From an archaeon (lineage in GTDB: Archaea; Iainarchaeota; Iainarchaeia; Iainarchaeales; Iainarchaeaceae): 56,871 nucleotides of DNA. Below, one piece after another: positions 1 to 7,639 of the stretch. Positions within the stretch are counted from its first letter, which is position 1. Every line of letters starts with the position of its first letter. Where the stretch lies: assembly GCA_024653905.1 (NCBI GenBank), contig JANLGZ010000070.1, positions 1 through 56,871 on the forward strand, read 5' to 3'. The translations under genes were made by a program, and so were the position numbers. The notes under the pieces are model-generated. The model worked only from the letters and a program-made list of their open reading frames with translations, ran no database searches and had not been told where the DNA came from.

Positions 1-746
1 CCTGTTGGTTTTTCTTCAGGTTCTTCTAACTGCTGGCTTAAGGCAGCAAAGGCTTCTTCAATTTCTTTGGCTTCTTTTTCCATTCTTTTCATTTCAATTT
101 TAAAACCATATTTTTTAATCAGCAATTCCAAAACTATTTTCGCCGCACCTGGATCACCATAAACAAGTCTTGCGTTAGTTTCACCCATCAAGCAAACACC
201 TTCTATTCCTTCCATTTTACCAAGCCCTATTAGTAAACCAGCAGCTCCTGAAATCATTCCCACAGGCCGATCATTAATTGCACCTATTTTTTTCCATTCT
301 TCAAGGACTTTTTTATCAGTTGCTGCAACAACAACCCTTGGTTCAACATGCATTCTCTTTTCGCCAATATTTATCCCTGCTAAAGTACAAATTTCTTTCA
401 AACCGTTTTCCTTCAAAGAATTTATTATTGTTCTTGAAAATTCGTAATGTTCATTCATTGAACCTTTATTATCAAGCATAGGCTGCACAGGCCCTGCTAA
501 AAATAAATAATCTTCACCTTTATAAGAAAAGTAAAAAATTTCATCTTTAATTAAATCAACAATTCCTTTTGTTGTCTGAATACTTGGAGGAAAAAAATCA
601 GAATAAACATCAGCAATCTTTTCAGCTTTGAACTGTTTAAGCATATAATCAACACAGATTTTCCCAACCAAACCTATTCCTGGAAGGCCTGTGAAAAGCA
701 CCGCGTTCTTAAATTTCTTTTTTTTGATAAATATTACTGAAGTCAA
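1..746 (-). CDS. PAC2-family proteasome assembly chaperone-like protein (archaeal DUF75); 3' end cut by window edge
   Basis: Not in the ORF track because it has no ATG. The reverse frame is open from a TTG at 746-744, which overlaps the aIF2-alpha stop (TTGA), down to position 1. Translation MTSVIFIKKKKFKNAVLFTGLPGIGLVGKICVDYMLKQF...GMISGAAGLLIGLGKMEGIEGVCLMGETNARL fits the PAC2 pattern. This family usually follows aIF2-alpha in archaea. Confidence 0.6.
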   Translation of the reverse strand, partial: MTSVIFIKKKKFKNAVLFTGLPGIGLVGKICVDYMLKQFKAEKIADVYSDFFPPSIQTTKGIVDLIKDEIFYFSYKGEDYLFLAGPVQPMLDNKGSMNEHYEFSRTIINSLKENGLKEICTLAGINIGEKRMHVEPRVVVAATDKKVLEEWKKIGAINDRPVGMISGAAGLLIGLGKMEGIEGVCLMGETNARLVYGDPGAAKIVLELLIKKYGFKIEMKRMEKEAKEIEEAFAALSQQLEEPEEKPT

Positions 747-1516
747 TTAGCTCCCGCCTTAACAAACTCTGCATTCCCGCCAAAAGATTTGGTTGATGAA
801 ACTATTTCGTCAGAAACATCTTTCAGAATTTTTTCAGCGGACTTGTAATCAACAGAAGTTGCCTTTACGGAATAGTTTCCGGAACCGAGATAAAATATTT
901 CAACTTTTTTTCCGCCTTTTTTCTGACCCTGCAAAAGCACTTTTTTTACTGATTCAATTCCTTCATAACCAGGAATTGAAAGAATAACTTTTCCGCGGAC
1001 AGTTTTTGTGGGCAGTTCAAAGTTTTTCTCAATCATTTCTAATAAAGGTTTTGCCCATTTTTTTGGGACTTTTTCCAGAATAGAATCCCCATTAGCAAGA
1101 ATTGCCTGAAACGCATCATACAAAGTGTCATATTTTTCAAGCAAAGGTTCAGCTATTTCATTCCATGCAACTTGGCTATCTACTTTCGCATCTTTTGCCA
1201 ATAACTCTAAAAGTTTCTGTGTTCTTTTTCCCTGTTTGTATTCTTCTATTTTTACTCTTTGCTGACTTGCTGAAACTTTTGTAAGCGCCAAATCAATTTG
1301 ATTTTTACTCGGATCAACACCGGTAACTTTTCCAGCCCTTATCTGACCCTCCTTTACAAAAGCCCTGATGTTTTTTATCCAGCTGGAACTTACATTAGAA
1401 ATATGCACAAAGCCCTGCATACCTTCATACTCCAAAAGTTCCATGAATACACCGTAATTAAGAACTTTTGTTATACGCCCAATGACTATTTCCCCATGTT
1501 CCGGATAATCTTCCAC
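743..1516 (-). CDS. eif2a: translation initiation factor aIF-2 alpha subunit
   Basis: 257-aa ORF. N-terminal S1 fold GEIVIGRITKVLNYGVFMELLEYEGMQGFVHISNVSSSWIKNIR, then helical and alpha/beta domains. It follows S27e as in the conserved archaeal operon. Confidence 0.9.
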   Translation of the reverse strand: MEDYPEHGEIVIGRITKVLNYGVFMELLEYEGMQGFVHISNVSSSWIKNIRAFVKEGQIRAGKVTGVDPSKNQIDLALTKVSASQQRVKIEEYKQGKRTQKLLELLAKDAKVDSQVAWNEIAEPLLEKYDTLYDAFQAILANGDSILEKVPKKWAKPLLEMIEKNFELPTKTVRGKVILSIPGYEGIESVKKVLLQGQKKGGKKVEIFYLGSGNYSVKATSVDYKSAEKILKDVSDEIVSSTKSFGGNAEFVKAGAN

Positions 1517-1524
1517 TCAATCAC

Positions 1525-1713
1525 CTAATCATGTTCTTTCAGAATTTTTGTTTTAAGTTTAATTTTTGAGGCAGATGTTGCTGCTAATTCAGTGTTGCAC
1601 ACTAAACATCTTACTTTTGATGAAGCTGCACTGAAAACATTCTGTTCATTGCCACAACCAGGGCATTTTAATCTATAAAATTTGGTTTTTGGTTTTGGAA
1701 TTAATTCACTCAT
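1525..1713 (-). CDS. rps27e: 30S ribosomal protein S27e (eS27)
   Basis: 62 aa with a C-x2-C-x15-C-x2-C zinc ribbon (CPGC...CLVC). Size and operon position are typical of S27e. Confidence 0.85.
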   Translation of the reverse strand: MSELIPKPKTKFYRLKCPGCGNEQNVFSAASSKVRCLVCNTELAATSASKIKLKTKILKEHD

Positions 1714-2264
1714 TGTTTTACCTCTGCAAGTTTTCTTTCGGTTAAAAGTTTTGCGATTTTAACTGGGAGTTTTTCTACCGAACCTTTCTTGAAAGGCCCA
1801 TATTCTTTCATATCAGCCCCCACAAAACTCGGGATGTCTGAAAGAATCCCCACTGAAAGGTTATTTAAATCCTTCTTATTTTGAGGCGTAGAGCCATTAT
1901 CTGAGAAAAGATCACCTAAAATTTCGTTGTGTTTTTTTAGTGCTCGTAAAATTTCGTTAAAAAGTTTCTTTTCCTGTGTAGCCATATTATCCTCATCACT
2001 AACATTGGTTCTTGAAGCAACAAGCGCCATGTTCAGAAGTTTTTTTTCTCTAAGCGCGAATATTTCCTCGATCATTTTTTTTAAATTGGAAAAGTCTCTG
2101 GATTTTGTGGAAGAAAAATCTTTCAGAGAATCCAAGTATTCTTTTTTTTCTTTGAAAATAAACTCATTTAAAAAATTGAAAAATTCCTGTTCAACCTGAA
2201 CAAGTTTTGCTGAATTTTTTTCTAATCTGTGAATTCTTCTGATTTCATCATATGATAATTCCAT
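1710..2264 (-). CDS. GINS complex subunit (Gins51/Gins15-like)
   Basis: The ORF track extends to 2354, but that overlaps priS. The ATG at 2264 (MELSYDEIRRIHRLEKNS...) lies 1 nt after the priS stop. The helical N-terminal domain (EQEFFNFLNEFI) and the C-terminal B-domain VGILSDIPSFVGADMKEYGPFKKGSVEKLPVKIAKLL match the archaeal GINS pattern. GINS-PriS linkage is well known in archaea. Confidence 0.6.
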   Translation of the reverse strand: MELSYDEIRRIHRLEKNSAKLVQVEQEFFNFLNEFIFKEKKEYLDSLKDFSSTKSRDFSNLKKMIEEIFALREKKLLNMALVASRTNVSDEDNMATQEKKLFNEILRALKKHNEILGDLFSDNGSTPQNKKDLNNLSVGILSDIPSFVGADMKEYGPFKKGSVEKLPVKIAKLLTERKLAEVKQ

Positions 2265-2265
2265 T

Positions 2266-3501
2266 CTAAACACCCAATTCCGCATTGCCTCTTGATAAGA
2301 GATAAAATGCAACATATTTTGGCAGAGAAACCTCTTCTTTTGTGAAAGGTCCAAACCAGTTTCCTTTGATATAAAACTTTGGGGTGGTTACATTCATAAG
2401 TCTTACCTCTTCACCAGAAAACACAACTGTTTCTTTCAAAGCATCAAAACTAGGAAGTTCTTCTCTTGATAATTCCATTGCGTTCATCCCTGTTGAACCA
2501 TGAATAGTATTAGGCACCCTAATTATTTTGTTTATATCAATTGAGGTCTGCCTGTCAACCCCAAGCATTTTTTCTTCAGCAATATACTTTAAGACTGATT
2601 CCCAAAAACGATCTGCTTTAAAACCAGGTAAAGATAATAAAAAACCACGTTCCATGCCACTCATAATGTTCTGTTTTTCTTTTAATAATTTTTTAACCGT
2701 GCCTTCAGTAACATTGTGTTTATTCCTTGAAGCCATTGCAGAAATTTTAGAAACATCCCCTTCATCAAGAAGATTTTCAATTCCATCTAATAATTTTTTT
2801 GACCAGCCCATCGCCACATTTTTTTTCGGGCAATGAAAAACTTTCTTTGAAGAATAAACAAAACCAAGAGATTTCAAATCTAAATTTGTTGCAGTAATAT
2901 AATCTAATAATTCAAGCCTTGCTGCTTTTGATAATGACTGAATATTGTCACCCCTTATATGAGTGTGAAATCCTTTTGAACCTGAAAAATTAATTGAAAT
3001 TCCATCATTAAAAGAAAAATCTTCTTCAAGAATTTTCAAAAGTGTTTGTGTTTGTTTTTTTGTTTCACCAACACATTCAGGACAAACCCATTCCTCAACC
3101 TTAACCCCAAAACCGCATTCAGGACATCTTTCAAGGTTACCTTTTCCTTTTGCATCACATGATTTGCACACCCAAGAATCATGCGAAAGTTTGCATTCTG
3201 TTTCAATATCATCAGCATCAAATTCATAAATGATATCAGCACCTAAAAGGATTTTTTTCTCCATTGGCCGGCGATCAGGAAACTCATAATGTGCATTTGA
3301 ATATGAAATGTAAAAAGGAGTTCTTTCTCTTAGAAAAAAATTGAGCTGTTTGTTGTCTGAAAAAGTCAAGTGCCTTGAGGAAATTTTTTTTCCAAATTCC
3401 CCGAATCCAAATTCTCGAGAGCGGATATCAGGAACGGTGGTTACCTCTACAGAGTTATAATAATCCTTTAGAATACTGCGTAAGTAAGTTTCAGCCCCCA
3501 T
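2266..3501 (-). CDS. priS: DNA primase small (catalytic) subunit PriS
   Basis: 411 aa. Catalytic acidic motif IIYEFDADD, SGSKGFHTHI and RVPNTIHGSTGM motifs. Zn-binding insert CKSC...CPEC...CPEC. Confidence 0.9.
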   Translation of the reverse strand: MGAETYLRSILKDYYNSVEVTTVPDIRSREFGFGEFGKKISSRHLTFSDNKQLNFFLRERTPFYISYSNAHYEFPDRRPMEKKILLGADIIYEFDADDIETECKLSHDSWVCKSCDAKGKGNLERCPECGFGVKVEEWVCPECVGETKKQTQTLLKILEEDFSFNDGISINFSGSKGFHTHIRGDNIQSLSKAARLELLDYITATNLDLKSLGFVYSSKKVFHCPKKNVAMGWSKKLLDGIENLLDEGDVSKISAMASRNKHNVTEGTVKKLLKEKQNIMSGMERGFLLSLPGFKADRFWESVLKYIAEEKMLGVDRQTSIDINKIIRVPNTIHGSTGMNAMELSREELPSFDALKETVVFSGEEVRLMNVTTPKFYIKGNWFGPFTKEEVSLPKYVAFYLLSRGNAELGV

Positions 3502-3555
3502 TAAAGAGATGGGCTGAAAACAATTAATAAAGATATAAGAAAAAGAAAAGAGGTA

Positions 3556-3581
3556 AAGGAATCACACAAAAACAATTCCTT
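3556..3581 (-). terminator. hairpin plus T-run downstream of the small basic-protein gene
   Basis: AAGGAAT (3556-3562) pairs with ATTCCTT (3575-3581). On the minus strand it is followed by a T-rich run (tacctcttttctttttc). Confidence 0.3.
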
Positions 3582-3597
3582 TATCTATCAAAAAAAT

Positions 3598-3777
3598 TTA
3601 CCTCTTTTTTCTCTTTGCTGGAGCTTTCTTAGCTACAGTTTTCTTTGCTGCTTTTCTTTTAGCAGGTTTTTTCTTTGCTGGAGCTTTCTTAGCTACAGTT
3701 TTCTTTGCTGCTTTTCTTTTAGCAGGTTTTCTTTTTGCTACAGTTTTCTTTGCTGCTGTTTTTTTTCTTGCTGCCAT
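3598..3777 (-). CDS. 59-aa Lys/Ala-rich basic protein (histone H1 tail-like / nucleoid-associated candidate)
   Basis: Absent from the ORF track (under 60 aa). ATG at 3777-3775 is preceded by GGAGGT 8 nt upstream; TAA at 3600-3598. Translation: MAARKKTAAKKTVAKRKPAKRKAAKKTVAKKAPAKKKPAKRKAAKKTVAKKAPAKRKKR. The 180 nt are in frame. Confidence 0.6.
   Translation of the reverse strand: MAARKKTAAKKTVAKRKPAKRKAAKKTVAKKAPAKKKPAKRKAAKKTVAKKAPAKRKKR
3611..3730. repeat. 60-bp tandem direct repeat, 2 copies, inside the basic-protein CDS
   Basis: 3612-3670 is identical to 3672-3730, with one mismatch at 3611/3671. Each unit encodes a 20-aa KA-rich repeat. A degenerate partial third unit follows at 3731-3760. 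Confidence 0.9.
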
Positions 3778-3943
3778 AATCCTTACCTCCTTTTTTTGTA
3801 ATTAAATAATTTTTACAGAAATTTTTTGCAAAATTCTGTCTTAAATTTGTTTATTAAATACTTTTTAACATATAAAAAAGTATTGTTGCACAAAAAATTC
3901 AATGTTTTTGACAAAAAAAAATGCAATTCACAAAAAAAATATA

Positions 3944-4028
3944 AAAATAATTTTTAATTTTGTGAAAGTGTGAAAATAATTTTTAATTTTGTGAAAAAAA
4001 ACTTCCAGGAATAATTTTTGTGAGAAAA
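3944..4028. repeat. AT-rich direct repeats AAAATAATTTTTAATTTTGTGAAA (x2 exact, plus one shortened copy)
   Basis: Exact 24-mers at 3944-3967 and 3973-3996 (period 29). A shortened copy aataatttttgtgagaaaa lies at about 4010-4028. They sit in a roughly 250-bp intergenic region between priL and the basic-protein gene. Confidence 0.8.
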
Positions 4029-5072
4029 TTATGCATTTGTTTCAGCACTATTAAAATTTTCTTCAGAGTTTATTTTAGAATTGGTTTTTGAAATTTCTTT
4101 TGAATAGAAAATTATCGGGTGTGAAACTGGACAGTTTGAAACGCACAAATTATAAGACCTCATTTTATCACAACTCGGAGAACTGTAGCCTTTGCCTTTA
4201 ACCCCTGCAATTCGCTCAACCTGATATCTTGTTGTACTTTCGTTAAAATTAGGCGCGTTTCTAAAAACATCAGTTATTTTGCCTGCTTCCATCCCAACAG
4301 AAGCAAGGAAAGTTGCAATTGCAAATCTTCCTGAATGATTCACATTAACCCCTTGAACCAAATCTGAATAAAGTTTTGACATACAAGGCGGAAAAGATTC
4401 AGGAGACACTTTTCCAAAATCTGTTTTGGAAAATTTCTTTCTTACACTTTGCGAAAATTCTGTTTCGATGCTTTCAGCAGCAGATTTGAAAAAGTTAGGA
4501 ATTCCTTTGAGCGGAACTGGAAGAGAATCTCTTATTCCCTGACCAACAACGATTGAAATTAATCTTGCAAAATCGTTCCTTGTTAGAAACACTTTACCCA
4601 TCTTTAATTCACGATTAACAAGTTTCATGAACGTTTCCTCTAAATTAGGCCTTAGATAATCTATAAGATTGAGCTCCACAAAAAAATCCTGCGAATCAGA
4701 AAGAGAAAACCTCAAATTGAGTTCTGATGCAAGATCAATTAAAACACCGTCTTTTTCCTCTTCCAAGTTTCGAAAAATCGAATTTGAAAACAATTCAGAA
4801 AATTTTCTGTAAAGTTCATACCTGCCTATAATTGAAACCAGTATTTTTGATGCAGGAAATGCAAGTATTTCATTTTTCAAAAGCTCAGGCGAAGTTTGTA
4901 TATTAGGCCTGTATTCCTGATCTGTAAAAGCAGCGTGCACCATTGCTTTGGCTCTGTTCAGAACTGATTCAGGAACATTTTCAAGAGTAAAATCTGATTG
5001 CGCAATAACATTTTTTGCAGCAACAGAAAAAGGGTATTTTTGAGAAAACCTTAATTCTGGAATAGAAAACAT
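4029..5072 (-). CDS. priL: DNA primase large subunit PriL
   Basis: 347 aa. C-terminal Fe-S cluster cysteines (PPCM ... SPSCDKMRSYNLCVSNCP). Conserved HSGRFAIATFL segment. Confidence 0.85.
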   Translation of the reverse strand: MFSIPELRFSQKYPFSVAAKNVIAQSDFTLENVPESVLNRAKAMVHAAFTDQEYRPNIQTSPELLKNEILAFPASKILVSIIGRYELYRKFSELFSNSIFRNLEEEKDGVLIDLASELNLRFSLSDSQDFFVELNLIDYLRPNLEETFMKLVNRELKMGKVFLTRNDFARLISIVVGQGIRDSLPVPLKGIPNFFKSAAESIETEFSQSVRKKFSKTDFGKVSPESFPPCMSKLYSDLVQGVNVNHSGRFAIATFLASVGMEAGKITDVFRNAPNFNESTTRYQVERIAGVKGKGYSSPSCDKMRSYNLCVSNCPVSHPIIFYSKEISKTNSKINSEENFNSAETNA

Positions 5073-5076
5073 TCAA

Positions 5077-5799
5077 TCACAACAACATGTGAGCTAAGTA
5101 AAATTTAATCTCACTTTTCCCGATGCTGAAACTTACTTTCATTGCTGAATCGCTTTTAAGCTCCAGTTTTATTATTGATTCGGGATCTGCTTCCTTAACA
5201 ATGTTCTGTAAATAAGTCAGAGAATATTTTGATGTTACTTTTGCAGATGATTTTACTTTTACTTTTTTTGCATGTGCAGAATCAGCCCTTACCTTTCCTG
5301 CGGTTCCTTGCGATTCCAAAAAAAACTTTCCATTATCTACTTTAAGCACAATACTTGAACTGAATAAGGATGTATCTTTCAGGGCTTCTTTCAAAATTTT
5401 TGCGTTGATTTCAACAACCGCATCATATTCTGATTCAGGAAGTTTCAAATCTTCCTCAGAAACATCAATCAAAGGAAGAGTAAACGAACGATCTAATTCT
5501 CCTTTGAAATCTATTTTGAATTCTGAATCATTCAAATCAATAATTATTTTATCAGTCTGCATTGCCCTTGAAATAATTTTATTTAACTCTGTAAGGTTTA
5601 TACCCACAAAAGAAGGTTCTATTGAAAACGAATCAAAAACACTCTTGTCAATTGAATAATCAACCAAAACTATCTGACTTGGATCAATGGCCCTTAAATG
5701 AATCCCTTTATCATTAAACCTGAAATTACCCTCAGGAATAAACGAAGCAATAGCCTCTATACCAGATTTTAGAAAATCAACCTTGTTTAATTCAATCAT
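5077..5799 (-). CDS. pcn: DNA polymerase sliding clamp PCNA (paralog 1)
   Basis: 240 aa. FNDKGIHLRAIDPSQIVLVDYSI and VGINLTELNKIISRA follow the PCNA pattern. The two-domain length is typical. Confidence 0.9.
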   Translation of the reverse strand: MIELNKVDFLKSGIEAIASFIPEGNFRFNDKGIHLRAIDPSQIVLVDYSIDKSVFDSFSIEPSFVGINLTELNKIISRAMQTDKIIIDLNDSEFKIDFKGELDRSFTLPLIDVSEEDLKLPESEYDAVVEINAKILKEALKDTSLFSSSIVLKVDNGKFFLESQGTAGKVRADSAHAKKVKVKSSAKVTSKYSLTYLQNIVKEADPESIIKLELKSDSAMKVSFSIGKSEIKFYLAHMLL

Positions 5800-5865
5800 T
5801 TTAAGCCCCTAAAATGTATTGATGCACTATATTGGTTTAAATCTTTTTGGCATCTAAACCAAAGT

Positions 5866-6318
5866 ATGATAAAGAAAATATATATAGGTTCAGACCATGC
5901 AGGCTATGAAACCAAAGAAGCACTGCAGAAATACCTAGCTAAAAAAGGTATTGAAACTATAGATCTTGGCACTCATGATAAGAAAAGAGTTGATTATCCT
6001 GATATTGCTGAGAAAGTTTCCCGAAAAGTTGCTAAGGATAAGGGCTCTTTTGGTTTGCTTGTTTGTGGAACTGGAATCGGCATGAATATTAGCGCAAACA
6101 AAATAAAGGGAATTAGAGCTGCAAACCCATATGATAATTACACCGCAAAAATGGCAAGACAACACAATGATGCTAATGTGATTTGTGTAGGCGGAAGAAC
6201 TTATGATTTGGTTAAAGCCAAAAAAATTCTCGGCGCTTTTTTGAAAGCAAAACCAAGCAAAGAAAAAAGGCACATTAATAGAATTAAGAAGATTTCTAAG
6301 ATTGAGAAAAAGAACTAA
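5866..6318 (+). CDS. rpiB: ribose-5-phosphate isomerase B (RpiB/LacAB family)
   Basis: 150 aa. IGSDHAGYETKEAL and LVCGTGIGMNISANKIKGIRAA motifs. Confidence 0.9.
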   Translation: MIKKIYIGSDHAGYETKEALQKYLAKKGIETIDLGTHDKKRVDYPDIAEKVSRKVAKDKGSFGLLVCGTGIGMNISANKIKGIRAANPYDNYTAKMARQHNDANVICVGGRTYDLVKAKKILGAFLKAKPSKEKRHINRIKKISKIEKKN

Positions 6319-6327
6319 CTAATGTAC

Positions 6328-6774
6328 TTATACTATGTTGAAGTACAGCAATAACAATCTAATGTCAATAAAGAAAACCAGGAATGTGACTGTTAAGTAA
6401 ACCTGATCAAGAACACTAATTCTGCGCAAAGAGGAACTCATTTTTTTAGTGAGAACCTGTGAATCATTTTGTGTCTTAATGTATTCAGATAAATTATACA
6501 TCCAAAAAATCACCCCCAACAACAAAAGATTTAAAATAATAAAAATAATCTGATAACTCAAATTAAATCCTAATTCAAAAGAGTTGCTTTGAAGAAACCC
6601 ACCTACATCAACAACCGAAAAAACAAGATTCATGAAAACAAAATATATTCCTTTTTTCGGAGAATACAATATTTCAACAGCATCTTTTTGTTTTTTAGTT
6701 AAAACGATTTGAATAAATATCAAAGCAACGAAAAGACTCAATCCAAAAAGAAAAATAAATATGTCTAAATCCAT
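6328..6774 (-). CDS. hypothetical integral membrane protein
   Basis: 148-aa ORF with about four hydrophobic helices. No recognisable family. Confidence 0.4.
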   Translation of the reverse strand: MDLDIFIFLFGLSLFVALIFIQIVLTKKQKDAVEILYSPKKGIYFVFMNLVFSVVDVGGFLQSNSFELGFNLSYQIIFIILNLLLLGVIFWMYNLSEYIKTQNDSQVLTKKMSSSLRRISVLDQVYLTVTFLVFFIDIRLLLLYFNIV

Positions 6775-6851
6775 ACAATAAGATAAAGCTCAATTTAATA
6801 AAATACCAACCGATTTTAAAATTTGGGCTAAACAGCAGATAAAAGAACTAA

Positions 6852-7598
6852 CTACTCAGATTCAATTCTTGGAGCAAGGAAATAAACTAACTTTCCTTCT
6901 CCAACTGAATAAGAAATTTCTACTGGTGCATTTGTTTTGAGTTTTACTGTTACCTCAGTATCAGCTGATGCTGCTTTGGTTACGCTAACTAAATAATCTA
7001 AAGGAAACATTGCTCTTGTTTCATCACTTGCTTTTAATGAAATAACTGCCTCATCCTTATTACTATAAATGTTTTCTAAATTTCCTTTGCTTGAATTAGC
7101 TCTAACAATAAAAGAATCATTTTCAACAAGCAATAAAATATGAGTAGAAATTAAATTAGCGTCTTTAAAAGAATCCACCAAAGCATCTGCCCTGATTTTT
7201 ATTTCTGCATCAAAATCTATTTTTGGCAGAGGCAAATCAGCTATTGAAATATCCAAAAGCGGAATTGAAAAACTTCTTTTTGATTTTCCCAAAAAAACAA
7301 CAGTTAATTTTGACTTATCTCCTGAAATTGAAAGTTCTAAAGAATCAGTGCTTTTAGCTCTTGACATAACCTGATTCAAATAATTAAGGTCAACACCAAT
7401 ACTTGTTGGTTCTTTTACTTCAAGTTTTTTGAAAGCTTTTTTAGGTAACTGAAAATCAACAAGAGAAATCTGAGAAGGATCAGTAGCTTTCAAGCTTAAC
7501 CCATTTTCATCAATCTTGAACTCTGCCTCATCCACAAGCACAGCTATCCCATCAACAAATTTCTTGAAAACCGCTGCATTATCGAATATCAATTCCAT
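6852..7598 (-). CDS. pcn: DNA polymerase sliding clamp PCNA (paralog 2)
   Basis: The ORF track starts at a GTG (7643). The first ATG, at 7598, gives MELIFDNAAVFKKFVDGIAVLVDEAEFKIDENGLSLKATDPSQISLVDF..., a typical PCNA N-terminus. VGVDLNYLNQVMSRA is also present. It is clearly diverged from paralog 1. Confidence 0.85.
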   Translation of the reverse strand: MELIFDNAAVFKKFVDGIAVLVDEAEFKIDENGLSLKATDPSQISLVDFQLPKKAFKKLEVKEPTSIGVDLNYLNQVMSRAKSTDSLELSISGDKSKLTVVFLGKSKRSFSIPLLDISIADLPLPKIDFDAEIKIRADALVDSFKDANLISTHILLLVENDSFIVRANSSKGNLENIYSNKDEAVISLKASDETRAMFPLDYLVSVTKAASADTEVTVKLKTNAPVEISYSVGEGKLVYFLAPRIESE

Positions 7599-7639
7599 TT
7601 TATCACTTAGTAATTGCCTTGGCAAAGGGTTAAAAGCAT

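Noticed and set aside
1710-2354. Long 5' extensions offered by the ORF track (also 24600-25766, 17308-18048, 44196-44213, 6852-7643)
   Set aside because: The extensions overlap upstream genes or add hydrophobic or atypical leaders ahead of canonical N-termini. Internal ATGs at 2264, 25718, 17991, 44214 and 7598 fit family N-termini and gene spacing better.
3611-3730. Tandem repeat considered as a CRISPR or minisatellite
   Set aside because: There are only two contiguous units with no spacers. The repeat is in frame within a plausible RBS-led ORF, so it is a coding repeat and not a CRISPR array.
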